NCBI RefSeq assembly: GCF_005696695.1 | Contig: NZ_CP040006.1 | Span: forward strand, 720,001 to 752,000 | Direction of reading: 5' to 3' | DNA: 32,000 bases | DNA from: Schaalia odontolytica | GTDB lineage: Bacteria; Actinomycetota; Actinomycetes; Actinomycetales; Actinomycetaceae | Shown here: in pieces, positions 20,038 through 28,491 of the stretch | How positions within the stretch are numbered: the stretch's first letter is position 1 | Layout of the letters: each line of letters begins with the position of its first letter | Position numbers and translations under genes: made by a program | Notes under the pieces: generated by a model | Database searches by the model: none | What the model saw: only the letters and a program-made list of their open reading frames with translations | Told to the model about the DNA's origin: nothing

Positions 20038-20622
20038 ATGGACCGTCGATTCGTTATCGGCCTGGTCCTTATCATCGCGTCCGTGATCGCATTCAGTGTT
20101 CTCAGCGGCCTCCTGCGGGGAGGAAGCCGCGTCTACGCCGCGACGACGACCATCGCCCCGGGGGAAACCCTCACCGCGGACAATGTCCGCGAGGTTGTCC
20201 TCAGCGTCGACTCAGACGTCTACGTTCCCACGTCGGAGGCTCCCATGGGGTCCGTCGCGACTCGGCAGATTACCCCCGGCCAGATCGTCATGCGCACGGA
20301 TCTGTCGCAGGGGGAAAGCGGAACAGCGCAGACGGACATGCTGCGCGTGGCTGTCACGGTCAGCGCTGGGCTGCCCGACGGGGTCGCTGATGGAACGCGG
20401 ATCCGGCTGTGGACGATCCCCGCGCGCACGCAGGGACAGGCTGGTAATCAGGCGCGCGAGATCGAGGGGACCTTCACCTTCGTACGCCGAATCGAGGCCT
20501 CGTCCCAGTCGCACCGTGGCCAGCGGATCGAGATCCTCGCGAACGCCCAGTCCATGCCGGTTCTCCTCGCCGCGCAGTCCTCGACCGACGAGCTGGCCGC
20601 CGTCCCCGTGGGGGCGCCGTGA
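20038..20622 (+). CDS. SAF domain-containing protein (CpaB/RcpC-like)
   Basis: N-terminal TM anchor (FVIGLVLIIASVIAFSVL) then a SAF-like segment (IAPGETLTADNVREVVL...ITPGQIVMRTDL). ATG 20038 preferred; TTG 19966 alternative. Confidence 0.75.
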   Translation: MDRRFVIGLVLIIASVIAFSVLSGLLRGGSRVYAATTTIAPGETLTADNVREVVLSVDSDVYVPTSEAPMGSVATRQITPGQIVMRTDLSQGESGTAQTDMLRVAVTVSAGLPDGVADGTRIRLWTIPARTQGQAGNQAREIEGTFTFVRRIEASSQSHRGQRIEILANAQSMPVLLAAQSSTDELAAVPVGAP

Positions 20623-21806
20623 GCTCCGTCCACGGGGTCGTCGTTCTCGCCGATCAACGCTACGAGGCACCCCTCATCCAGGCGATTCAGAGCCGATCGG
20701 ATGTCCTCGCCATCGTCCGGCGCTGCGCTGACCTGGCCGAGGTCGTCGCCGCGGCCCGCGCCGGCCTCGCCGACCTCGCGGTCATCGACGGATCCGACCC
20801 CGACCTGACGATCGAGACCGTTGAATCGCTGCGCGCTTGCGGGATGGTCGTCGTCGCCCTCGCTGCGCATCACGAGCGCTCCCGCCTCATCGCCCTGGGG
20901 GTCGCCTCGGTCGCCGCGCCCGGCAGCCCCGACCAGGTCGTCAACTCTCTCATCGCGGCGACGCGCACCCGCCGCTCGACCCCTGCCCCGGCCTCGTCCG
21001 CGCCACCTCCACCCCCTCCGCCCTCCGCTCCGGGCAGCGTGCTGGCCGTCTGGGGGACATCCGGCGCGCCCGGGCGTACGACCCTCGCCGTCGGCATCGC
21101 GACCGCGCTGTCCGCCCACGGGCCCACCCTCCTCGTCGATGCGGACACCGCCAACCCGACGATCGCGCACCTGCTGGGCCTTCCCGTCCATGCGTCGGGT
21201 CTGTCAACCCTCGCGCGGACGGCCTCGCGCGGCCCCATCACGCCCGCGGACACGCTCAGGGCAGCCGTCATGCGCTCCGAGAACCTGCACATCATCACGG
21301 GCCTCGTGACTCCGCACCGCTGGCGCGAAGTGAGCAAACCTGGCATCGAATCCATCGTCGGGGCACTGCGACTGAGCGCCCGTTACTCGGTCGTTGACAT
21401 TGCGTCGACCTCGCTGGAAAAGGCCTCGCGCGGGGCCAACCGTGACGATGCCGCGCTCGGGGTGCTCGAGCGCGCCGATCGGCTCGTCATCGTCGCACGC
21501 GGTGACATCGTCGGCATCAACCGGCTCTCGTTCCTGGCGCGGTGGTGGGAGGAGCAAGAGCGCGACATTCCGGTCGAGGTGATCGTCAACCGCGTGAGTA
21601 CCGCAGCGATCGGCCCGCACCCGGTGCCCTCCCTGCAGGCGGCGATCGGCGCCTTCATGCCCGACTGTATTTTCTACGTCGTTCCCGAGGATGAGGGCGT
21701 TGGGCGGGCTTCCCTGCGAGGCAAGGCTCTGGGAGAAAACGGTGCGCGTTGCGACGCCTCCGACGCGTTGCAGGCGATTGTCGAGCGGTGGGTGCCTACA
21801 CTGTGA
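20619..21806 (+). CDS. CpaE/TadZ/Ssd-like MinD-ParA superfamily protein with receiver-like N-domain and non-canonical P-loop
   Basis: GTG 20619 forms a GTGA overlap with the SAF gene stop. N-terminal pseudo-receiver region, a poly-Pro linker, then VWGTSGAPGRTTLAVGIA...LLVDAD...YSVVDI, a ParA/MinD-like fold. The P-loop reads GRTT rather than GKT[ST]. Confidence 0.8.
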   Translation: MSSVHGVVVLADQRYEAPLIQAIQSRSDVLAIVRRCADLAEVVAAARAGLADLAVIDGSDPDLTIETVESLRACGMVVVALAAHHERSRLIALGVASVAAPGSPDQVVNSLIAATRTRRSTPAPASSAPPPPPPPSAPGSVLAVWGTSGAPGRTTLAVGIATALSAHGPTLLVDADTANPTIAHLLGLPVHASGLSTLARTASRGPITPADTLRAAVMRSENLHIITGLVTPHRWREVSKPGIESIVGALRLSARYSVVDIASTSLEKASRGANRDDAALGVLERADRLVIVARGDIVGINRLSFLARWWEEQERDIPVEVIVNRVSTAAIGPHPVPSLQAAIGAFMPDCIFYVVPEDEGVGRASLRGKALGENGARCDASDALQAIVERWVPTL

Positions 21807-21808
21807 CC

Positions 21809-22279
21809 ATGCGCGTCTACGTTCCCGCCATCCTGTCCGACCTGTCCGTCCCGCTGCCGCCCGTGCGCAGCGGCGTCCTGTGCGTGCCCGAGGCCGGCAT
21901 GAGTGGCGAGGACATCGAGGTCCTCGAGGACGACGCCATCACCGAGGCGGCGCTGTCCTCCCTCGAACTGGCGCGCGAGACGGAGGGCGCGGCCTTCGCT
22001 CGCGTCGTCCTGGCCGTCGACACCCCCACCTCGACGACGCTGACCCCCGGCGAGCAGATCGAACCCCGCATCTTCGCGGCCCCGGCCTTTGAATACACCT
22101 GGTCGGACGTCGCCGCCATCCTCGCGGACCTGCCCGACGCCTCACCCGCAGTGCAGGCCGTCCTGAGCGCCGACACACAGGAGGACGCCGACGAGGCCGT
22201 GGCCGCCCTGTGGGAGTCCTCCCTGGCGTGGTTCGACCGCTCTGAGCGCCCCGACGTCCTGGCCCTGCACCAGGGCTAA
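21809..22279 (+). CDS. small acidic conserved hypothetical protein
   Basis: ATG 21809 lies 2 nt after the preceding stop. MRVYVPAILSDLSV... is an N-terminus I have seen in conserved actinobacterial hypotheticals. The protein is strongly acidic; family not assignable by eye. Confidence 0.6.
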   Translation: MRVYVPAILSDLSVPLPPVRSGVLCVPEAGMSGEDIEVLEDDAITEAALSSLELARETEGAAFARVVLAVDTPTSTTLTPGEQIEPRIFAAPAFEYTWSDVAAILADLPDASPAVQAVLSADTQEDADEAVAALWESSLAWFDRSERPDVLALHQG

Positions 22280-22282
22280 TGC

Positions 22283-25200
22283 CTACGCGCGCACGCTGAG
22301 GGTCGATCCGCCCTCCGGCAGAGGCCGCACCTGGATCTGATCCGCGATCTGGGTCGCCATCTCCTCGACGTGCGAGATGACGCCGACCGTGCGTCCCGCG
22401 CAGCGCAGCGCCTGGAGCTGCGCCATCACCAGGCTCAGCGTGTGCGAGTCGAGCGATCCGAAGCCCTCATCGATGAACATCGTGCGCAGCTCGACGCCAC
22501 CGGCCTCGGCAGAGACGACGTCCGCGAGGCCGAGCGCCAGCGCGAGGGACGTGTAGAACGTTTCCCCGCCCGACAGCGTGCGCGGGCTGCGCAGCGCGTC
22601 CGTGTCGTGATCGACGATCGCGAGGCCCAGGCCGGACTTGCGCGAGGCGGTGCCGTCGTCGGGGACAGACACGAGTTCGTAGCGTCCCGACGAGATTGCC
22701 GCCAGGCGTGGGTTCGCGGCCGCCAACACCTCTTCCAGGCGCGCGATGAGCACCCAGGCCGATAGGGGAGTAGAGGCCAGGTTCTCAGGGCCGGACGCGG
22801 CGGCAATGTCAGCCAGGCGGCGGATGGGACCGGCCTGCTCCCGGGCGCGGCCGAGCGCCTCCAACGCCTGCTCGAGGGAGGCGCGGGCGGCGTCCAGCTG
22901 CGCGCAGTGCTGCTCGAGAATACCCGAGGCTCGGGCCGCCATAGCGGCGTCCTCCTCGGCCTTGCGGGAGGCTTCGGTGAGGGCCTCAAGGTCCGGTGCG
23001 GGTGCCGACGCCGCGCGGGTCAGGCGCTCCGAAGCAAGCGCTTCGTGTGCCGCGAAAAGTGCCTTCTCGTGAGCGGCCACGCGCGCCTCGAGAGCCTCGA
23101 CCTGGGGGAGAGGAAGCAGGAGCGTGCGCCAGGAGTCCGCCTCGAGGCCCTGTTCCTCAAGCGCATCCGCAAGGGAACGCTGTGCCTGCGCGAGCGCGGC
23201 GCGGGCATTGTCCCAATCGGCGCAGGCCCCGGCCAAAGCTGCCGCCCGGCGTGCGCGCTCATCCAGGTGAGCCGCGCGCTCATCGAGGGAGGCGAAGTCG
23301 GCGCGCTCAGCCTCCACGCGGGCCTCAGCCGCGGCCAGAGCGGATTCACGCTCCTGGAGGGTGGACGCGAGGGAAGCGGCGGTCTCTCGGGCGCTCGCGA
23401 GGGAGTCCGTGAGGCCGTCGAGGCGGGCGCGCTCCTGCGCGAGGGCCGCCTCGATCTCTGTGATCTGCGGGCTGAGAGCCTCGAGCTTCGCAACGAGCTC
23501 GGCGGCTCGATCCCGCTCGGTCTCGAGAGTCGGAGTGGGGGCGCCGGCCACCTCGTTGAGCTGGGCGATACGACGCACGAGATCCTGGTGGCGGGCCTGC
23601 GCATCCCGCAGCGCGGCCTCCGCACGGTCTCGCGCCTGGTCGAGCTCCGCGACCTGCTCGCGCGTGATCTCCCCGTCTGCGGCCGGTGCCGGATTGGGGT
23701 GAGCGGTGGAGCCGCACACGGGACACGGCGTGTCCTCTTCGAGTTCGCGTGCGAGGGCCGATGCGCTCTGCGCGATCCACAGGTCGTGGCCGTCCGCTGC
23801 TGCGGCATTCGCAAGCTTCGCGGCGACAGTGGCCTCGCGCAGCTCATCCGATGCTCCGAGGAGAGCCGAGCGCAGCAGGTCCGCCTGCATGGAGGCATCC
23901 AGGCGTTCGTTGATGGTGCGCAGAGCGGACGCGGCCTCGGGCAGCGTGTCGGCATCCGCTCGCATGAGGCGCAGGGCCTCGGTGACCTGCTCGATGCGCA
24001 GGGGCAACGCCTCGCGCTCTGCCTCGATCGACGCGATGCGCGCCAATGCCTGCTCATGCTGGGAGCGCAGTGAGTCGATCTGGGTGTGCGCTTCGGGCAG
24101 CGAGCGTTCGACGGCCAGGGCCTCCTCGAGAGAACCGCGCGTGCGCGTCGCCTCGTCGCGCAGATCCTGCGCCCGCTCGCCGAGAGCAGTCACCGCCTCG
24201 GGTGTCAAGGACGCGGAATCGATGGAATCCTCGTCTCCGAGGGCGGGAGACAGGGCTGCGACCTGGTCTCCCGCAGCCTCCAGACGAGCGCGCGCCGAGG
24301 CCTTGGCCGCGTCGAGGGGAGCCACGGCCAGCGCCCGGCGGGCCTGATCCGCGCGCTCACGGTTGGATGCGATTACTTCCTCCGATGCAGTCAACTCAGC
24401 GAGTGTCGCGCTCACGCGCGCGTGCTCCGCCTGAGCGTCAGCCAGGGCGCGCCCCTCGGACAGGGCACGGGAAGCCTCCCGAGCGGTTGCCGTGGCCGCC
24501 TCGGCAACGCGCAGGGTCTGCGCGTGTGCCTCGCGTGCGCGCTCGCATGCGTCCTCGGCCCAGCGCGTCACGGCGCTGGAATCCTCCGCGCCCGCATCCA
24601 GCTGATCGGCCTCCTCGACCTCGGCTGAGCGCTCCCGCGCGCCGGGTGCAGCCGTGTGCACGTCATCGCTCAGGGCGTCATTCAGCGCCCGAACGCGCTC
24701 GAAAGCGCTGATGGCAGCCACGCGCCGCTCTTCGATGCCGCGCTTTGACGAGGCGGCCGCATCGACGAGAGCCTTCGTGAAGTCCACGTAGATCTGCGTG
24801 TCGAAAATGTCGCGCAGGATCTGCTCGCGAGCATCCGACGTGGCGTTGAGGAACTGGGAGAACTTGCCCTGCGGGAGCACGATCGTCTGCAGGAACTGGT
24901 CCTTATCCAGGCCCACGATTGCCGGAATCTCGGAGCCCACGTCGCGCGGACCCGACGCGATCGGCTCCACCGTACGCCACCCGTCCGGAGCATCCGGATC
25001 CTCCACGACCCGCGTCAGCGTCGACTTCGAATTGCGCTGAGACTTCTTGCCCGCCGGGGTGTATGCGGGGGTGCGCGTCACCCGGTAGATGCCGGTCGCC
25101 ACCTCGAACACCAGGTCCGCCTCCGACGGATCCGAATCCGTGATGTGGTTGGACCGCAGGCGGTCCTTCGACGCATCCTTCGTGCGCGCCACGTCCCCGT

Positions 25201-25357
25201 ACAGGGCGAAGGTGATCGCGTCGATGAGCGTGGACTTTCCCGCGCCCGTCGGTCCGTCCAGCAGGAACAGCCCCGAGTCCTCGAAGGAGGAAAAGTCAAC
25301 CGTGTGCTCGCCCGCGAAGGGGCCGATGCCCACAATACGTAGCCACCGAATCTTCAC
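22283..25357 (-). CDS. sbcC: SbcC/Rad50-like double-strand break repair ATPase
   Basis: Walker A GPTGAGKST, a long Ala/Glu/Arg-rich coiled coil, a zinc hook CPVCGS, signature LSGGETF and Walker B MFIDEGFGSLD. GTG 25357 forms a GTGA overlap with the sbcD stop. Confidence 0.93.
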   Translation of the reverse strand: MKIRWLRIVGIGPFAGEHTVDFSSFEDSGLFLLDGPTGAGKSTLIDAITFALYGDVARTKDASKDRLRSNHITDSDPSEADLVFEVATGIYRVTRTPAYTPAGKKSQRNSKSTLTRVVEDPDAPDGWRTVEPIASGPRDVGSEIPAIVGLDKDQFLQTIVLPQGKFSQFLNATSDAREQILRDIFDTQIYVDFTKALVDAAASSKRGIEERRVAAISAFERVRALNDALSDDVHTAAPGARERSAEVEEADQLDAGAEDSSAVTRWAEDACERAREAHAQTLRVAEAATATAREASRALSEGRALADAQAEHARVSATLAELTASEEVIASNRERADQARRALAVAPLDAAKASARARLEAAGDQVAALSPALGDEDSIDSASLTPEAVTALGERAQDLRDEATRTRGSLEEALAVERSLPEAHTQIDSLRSQHEQALARIASIEAEREALPLRIEQVTEALRLMRADADTLPEAASALRTINERLDASMQADLLRSALLGASDELREATVAAKLANAAAADGHDLWIAQSASALARELEEDTPCPVCGSTAHPNPAPAADGEITREQVAELDQARDRAEAALRDAQARHQDLVRRIAQLNEVAGAPTPTLETERDRAAELVAKLEALSPQITEIEAALAQERARLDGLTDSLASARETAASLASTLQERESALAAAEARVEAERADFASLDERAAHLDERARRAAALAGACADWDNARAALAQAQRSLADALEEQGLEADSWRTLLLPLPQVEALEARVAAHEKALFAAHEALASERLTRAASAPAPDLEALTEASRKAEEDAAMAARASGILEQHCAQLDAARASLEQALEALGRAREQAGPIRRLADIAAASGPENLASTPLSAWVLIARLEEVLAAANPRLAAISSGRYELVSVPDDGTASRKSGLGLAIVDHDTDALRSPRTLSGGETFYTSLALALGLADVVSAEAGGVELRTMFIDEGFGSLDSHTLSLVMAQLQALRCAGRTVGVISHVEEMATQIADQIQVRPLPEGGSTLSVRA

Positions 25358-26559
25358 TGCATGTCCTTTCCTCGAAGCTGCGCCCACACGTCCAGGGCCA
25401 GCTCGCGCTCCTGAGCGCTTAGCGCCCGCCCGCCCACGGCCTCGTAAAACTCCTCCGTGACCTCGCGTGGATCGCGGGACGCGCGCACGGTCATCGCGGG
25501 AGCCAGCGAGGGTGCCTGGGAGGGACGGTGCACGACGACCAGGGCGTGCGGGTAGACCTCTCGGATGCGCGGCACCATGCGCTCGGGGCGCGCGTCGTCT
25601 GTGACTGTGATCGACACGTACGAGGCCGTGGTGGCCTCGTCGGGATCCGTGAGCAGCTCATCCATGGTTCCCTCGAGCACCGCGATGCCCCGCAGCGTCG
25701 GGATGGGCACCACCTCGATGTCGGTCACCGAGGTGGCGTCCGTGGTCACGAGGGTGATCGACTTGGTGGCCCCGGCCTCGGAGAAGGAATACGCGATGGG
25801 GGAGCCTGCGTAGCGGATCGGGACGGATGCGCCCGAGATGTCCTGCGGGCGGTGCAGGTGCCCGGCTGCCACGTAGTCCAGGCCGTGGGCCAGGGGCTCC
25901 TCACCCCCGAGGGTGTCGAACAGGTCCGCCGATACGGAGGGGACGCCGCCCACCTGGATGTCGCGCTCGGAGTCCGAGGTCTGTGCCCCCGTCACGAAGG
26001 CGTGCGGCATCGCGATGGCCGGGCGCTCGTCGCCCGCGTCGCGCCGAGCCGAAATGTCCGCGCGCACCCGGCGCAGGGCAGCCGCCAGGACCGCCTGGTG
26101 GGAGCGGGGCAAAGGAGCGGGCAGGTCGTCCTCGCCCCGCACAGGCAGGTCCGACAGGCTCTGGCGCACGAGGTCGGGCTCGAGGTAGGGCATCGGGTAC
26201 ACGAGGGCGCCCCCGGCCTCGACGGGCGTGCCGATCGCCTCCGGGTCCGTCACCACGTGCAGCGAGGGGGTGAGCATGTCGGCGAACAGCCCCAGGCGCG
26301 CGGCCCCATCGTGGTTTCCCGACGTCAGGATGACTGTCGTGATCTCCGTCAGTTCGCGCAGGGCGCGGCGCATCCGCGCGAGCGCATCCACGGGCGGAAC
26401 CGCGCGGTCGAACACGTCGCCCGAGATGAGCACGGCATCCACGCCGCGCTCACGCACCAGGGCCACCAACCACTCGATGAACGCATCCGCGCTGTCGCCC
26501 AGGGACGCGCCGTGCAGCGTGCGCCCCAGGTGCCAGTCGGAGGTGTGCAGAATCAACAT
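25354..26559 (-). CDS. sbcD: SbcD/Mre11-like nuclease subunit
   Basis: MLILHTSDWHLG, GDVFD and SGNHD are calcineurin-like phosphoesterase motifs. Start is ATG 26559; the longer ORF to 26631 adds non-conserved residues. Confidence 0.92.
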   Translation of the reverse strand: MLILHTSDWHLGRTLHGASLGDSADAFIEWLVALVRERGVDAVLISGDVFDRAVPPVDALARMRRALRELTEITTVILTSGNHDGAARLGLFADMLTPSLHVVTDPEAIGTPVEAGGALVYPMPYLEPDLVRQSLSDLPVRGEDDLPAPLPRSHQAVLAAALRRVRADISARRDAGDERPAIAMPHAFVTGAQTSDSERDIQVGGVPSVSADLFDTLGGEEPLAHGLDYVAAGHLHRPQDISGASVPIRYAGSPIAYSFSEAGATKSITLVTTDATSVTDIEVVPIPTLRGIAVLEGTMDELLTDPDEATTASYVSITVTDDARPERMVPRIREVYPHALVVVHRPSQAPSLAPAMTVRASRDPREVTEEFYEAVGGRALSAQERELALDVWAQLRGKDMQ

Positions 26560-26651
26560 GTCTCCAGTGTGGCAGAGGCCGCCCACATCTGCGTCCGTCA
26601 CACACGCTTGGAAGGCGGACACCTTCTGCATGCGCGCAGGTAGTCGATAGC

Positions 26652-27389
26652 ATGGTGGGCATGACCAAGCCCTTCCTCATGCTGACCTCGCGCGACGACG
26701 GCCCCGTCCTGGCCGCAGAGACCGCCGACCTGCCTCGCTTCTCGGGACTGACCCCCGACCAGGTCCGCCAGGTGCGCATGGAGAGGGAGCTGCCCGACCT
26801 TGACCTCTCCGAGTACTCGGGTGCTTTCGTGTGCGGGTCCCCGTGGGACGCGAACGCCGACGACCACCTGAAGGAAGAACGCCAGGTGCGCGCCGAGGCA
26901 TGGCTGCGCTCCTTCTACGACCGGGCGCTGGGCGAATCCTTCCCGATCCTGGGCCTGTGCTACGGGCTGGGTACCCTCACCCTGCACCTGGGCGGCGTCA
27001 TTGACACCCATCACGGTGAGGAAATCAGCGGTATCGCGCTGACGAAGACCGACGCGGGGCGCGAGGACCCGCTCCTGGAGGGCACGCCTGACCGCTTCCA
27101 CTCCTACGTTGGCCACCACGAGGCCGTGCGCGAGCTGGCCCCGGGCATGCAGGTCCTCCTGGCCGGTGACGACACTCCGATCCAGATGGTGCGTGTGGGC
27201 GAGGCGGCGTGGGCGACCCAGTTCCACCCCGAGATGGACCTCGAGGGCGTCAACGTGCGCATCGACCAGTACGCGGGCCGCTACTACCCGGTGGAGAAAG
27301 CCGAGGCGATCCGCGCCCAGGTTGCGACCGTGGACACGGATCCCTCGCGCCTCGTCCTCCAGAACTTCGTGCGCCGATTCCAGCGCTGA
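26652..27389 (+). CDS. class I (type 1) glutamine amidotransferase-like protein
   Basis: Nucleophile elbow ILGLCYG and the His/Glu motif ATQFHPE. About 245 aa, a GMP-synthase-like GATase domain only. Start is ATG 26652 or 26661. Confidence 0.8.
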   Translation: MVGMTKPFLMLTSRDDGPVLAAETADLPRFSGLTPDQVRQVRMERELPDLDLSEYSGAFVCGSPWDANADDHLKEERQVRAEAWLRSFYDRALGESFPILGLCYGLGTLTLHLGGVIDTHHGEEISGIALTKTDAGREDPLLEGTPDRFHSYVGHHEAVRELAPGMQVLLAGDDTPIQMVRVGEAAWATQFHPEMDLEGVNVRIDQYAGRYYPVEKAEAIRAQVATVDTDPSRLVLQNFVRRFQR

Positions 27390-27409
27390 CCCTCGCCCGA
27401 CGGGCGGGG
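27390..27409. terminator. weak GC hairpin between convergent amidotransferase and membrane-protein genes
   Basis: CCCTCGCCC-GAC-GGGCGGGG gives about an 8-bp stem with one G-U. A second small hairpin, GCCGCG-TGG-CGCGGC, follows. Confidence 0.35.
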
Positions 27410-27427
27410 CCGCGTGGCGCGGCGCGG

Positions 27428-27832
27428 TTAGCGGGCCTTGCGGCGCAGGTAGGAGAAGATCACCACGGTGACGAGGGCTAGGACACAGGTCGTCAGCATC
27501 GAGTAGCGGTAGGCCGTCAGGTCGTCTGTGAGGGGCACGAATGCGCTCACCATCGCGGTAACGACGCACAGGCCCGCACAGACGAGGCCGATACGCTCGA
27601 CGATGAAATAAGCCGGAGTTGTCCAGAAGATCCGGCGCGCAGATCCCGGCAGCTGCCTGCCAAAGAAGGTTGCGCAGATAGCCAATGTGAAGGAAGAGGT
27701 CCTCAAACGGCCAAGTTCGGTCATTGAGTACACCATGAGAAACACGATGGCGACGAGAGCAACAATGAAAAGAACGCGGATTATTTGCTCGATTTCGGGA
27801 CGCTCCGGGGAGGAGTTTTCGGGATTCGACAT
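27428..27832 (-). CDS. small hydrophobic membrane protein (paralogue 1)
   Basis: ORF 27428..27841(-). Three or four predicted TM segments, ending ...YLRRKAR. ATG 27832 preferred. Visibly more A/T-rich than its neighbours. Confidence 0.6.
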   Translation of the reverse strand: MSNPENSSPERPEIEQIIRVLFIVALVAIVFLMVYSMTELGRLRTSSFTLAICATFFGRQLPGSARRIFWTTPAYFIVERIGLVCAGLCVVTAMVSAFVPLTDDLTAYRYSMLTTCVLALVTVVIFSYLRRKAR

Positions 27833-27867
27833 GCCCACCACTCTAGCGGGACGCGGCGCGAGGCAGG

Positions 27868-27895
27868 CGCCCCTCGCCAGCTAGTGGGCGAGGGG
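27868..27895 (-). terminator. 10-bp GC hairpin between the two small membrane-protein genes
   Basis: GCCCCTCGCC-AGCTAGTG-GGCGAGGGGC is a perfect stem, 44 nt downstream of the stop at 27939 on the minus strand. No U-tract. Confidence 0.5.
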
Positions 27896-27938
27896 CACCT
27901 TCACCGCGGACTCTTGCCGTGGGTGCCTGTCTGCGTGT

Positions 27939-28391
27939 CTAGCGGGCGGGGGGAAGAAGCCCGCGGCGGCGCGCCCGCTCCTTGGAGACGAGGAGAATCG
28001 TATAGAAGCAGAAGGCGACAAGCGCAGCGCCCATGGCAACGTTCCGCGGCATGTTGTAGGGATCGGGGCGGACGCCGTGGTCCGTGACATCACCGACGAT
28101 GACAGCGGCGGTAGATACGAGGGAACAAGCCATCACCACCCACTCGCAGGCCCGAAATGCCCGGTGCGCGCCCGGAATCGGACGCGAATAGCCAGGGGCC
28201 AGGGAAGCGAGGAGCAACGCTGCGTCGGCGAGCCCGTAGTCAGGTAGGCGGTTGTCCTTCCCGAAGAAGGTGCCGCCAATCGAATAGACGACCGTACCGA
28301 TCAACAGCGTGAAGAAGAAGTAGCGGAGGACCTTGTCGACCCGCGAAAGCCCTGCGGTTTTGCCGATAAGGTTCTGCTCGATGGTGGACAT
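27939..28391 (-). CDS. small hydrophobic membrane protein (paralogue 2)
   Basis: ORF 27939..28400(-). Three or four TM segments, ending ...LLPPAR. Shares short motifs with paralogue 1: IEQ near the N-terminus, VYS at the end of TM1, and PGxxRxF. ATG 28391 preferred. Confidence 0.6.
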   Translation of the reverse strand: MSTIEQNLIGKTAGLSRVDKVLRYFFFTLLIGTVVYSIGGTFFGKDNRLPDYGLADAALLLASLAPGYSRPIPGAHRAFRACEWVVMACSLVSTAAVIVGDVTDHGVRPDPYNMPRNVAMGAALVAFCFYTILLVSKERARRRGLLPPAR

Positions 28392-28440
28392 AGCGATCAC
28401 GACCTTGTGAACCAGAGATAGCGACCATCGCTATATCCTC

Positions 28441-28468
28441 ATTGTCCACGCAGGGGGATCTCTGTCAA
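28441..28468 (-). promoter_or_regulatory. candidate sigma-70-type promoter TTGACA-N16-GACAAT for membrane-protein paralogue 2
   Basis: On the minus strand, TTGACA is the complement of 28463-28468 and GACAAT the complement of 28441-28446. A 7-bp inverted repeat (28418-28434) follows immediately. Confidence 0.45.
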
Positions 28469-28491
28469 GTACTTTCGGCGTGCACTTTTCT

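Noticed and set aside
22370-24711. Several 100-390-aa ORFs in both orientations inside sbcC (e.g. 22907..24073+, 23020..24057-, 23706..24347+)
   Set aside because: They overlap the SbcC coiled-coil region, which has clear Walker A, zinc hook, signature and Walker B motifs in one continuous frame. Their products are Arg/Pro/Ala/Ser-rich nonsense typical of off-frame GC-rich translation.
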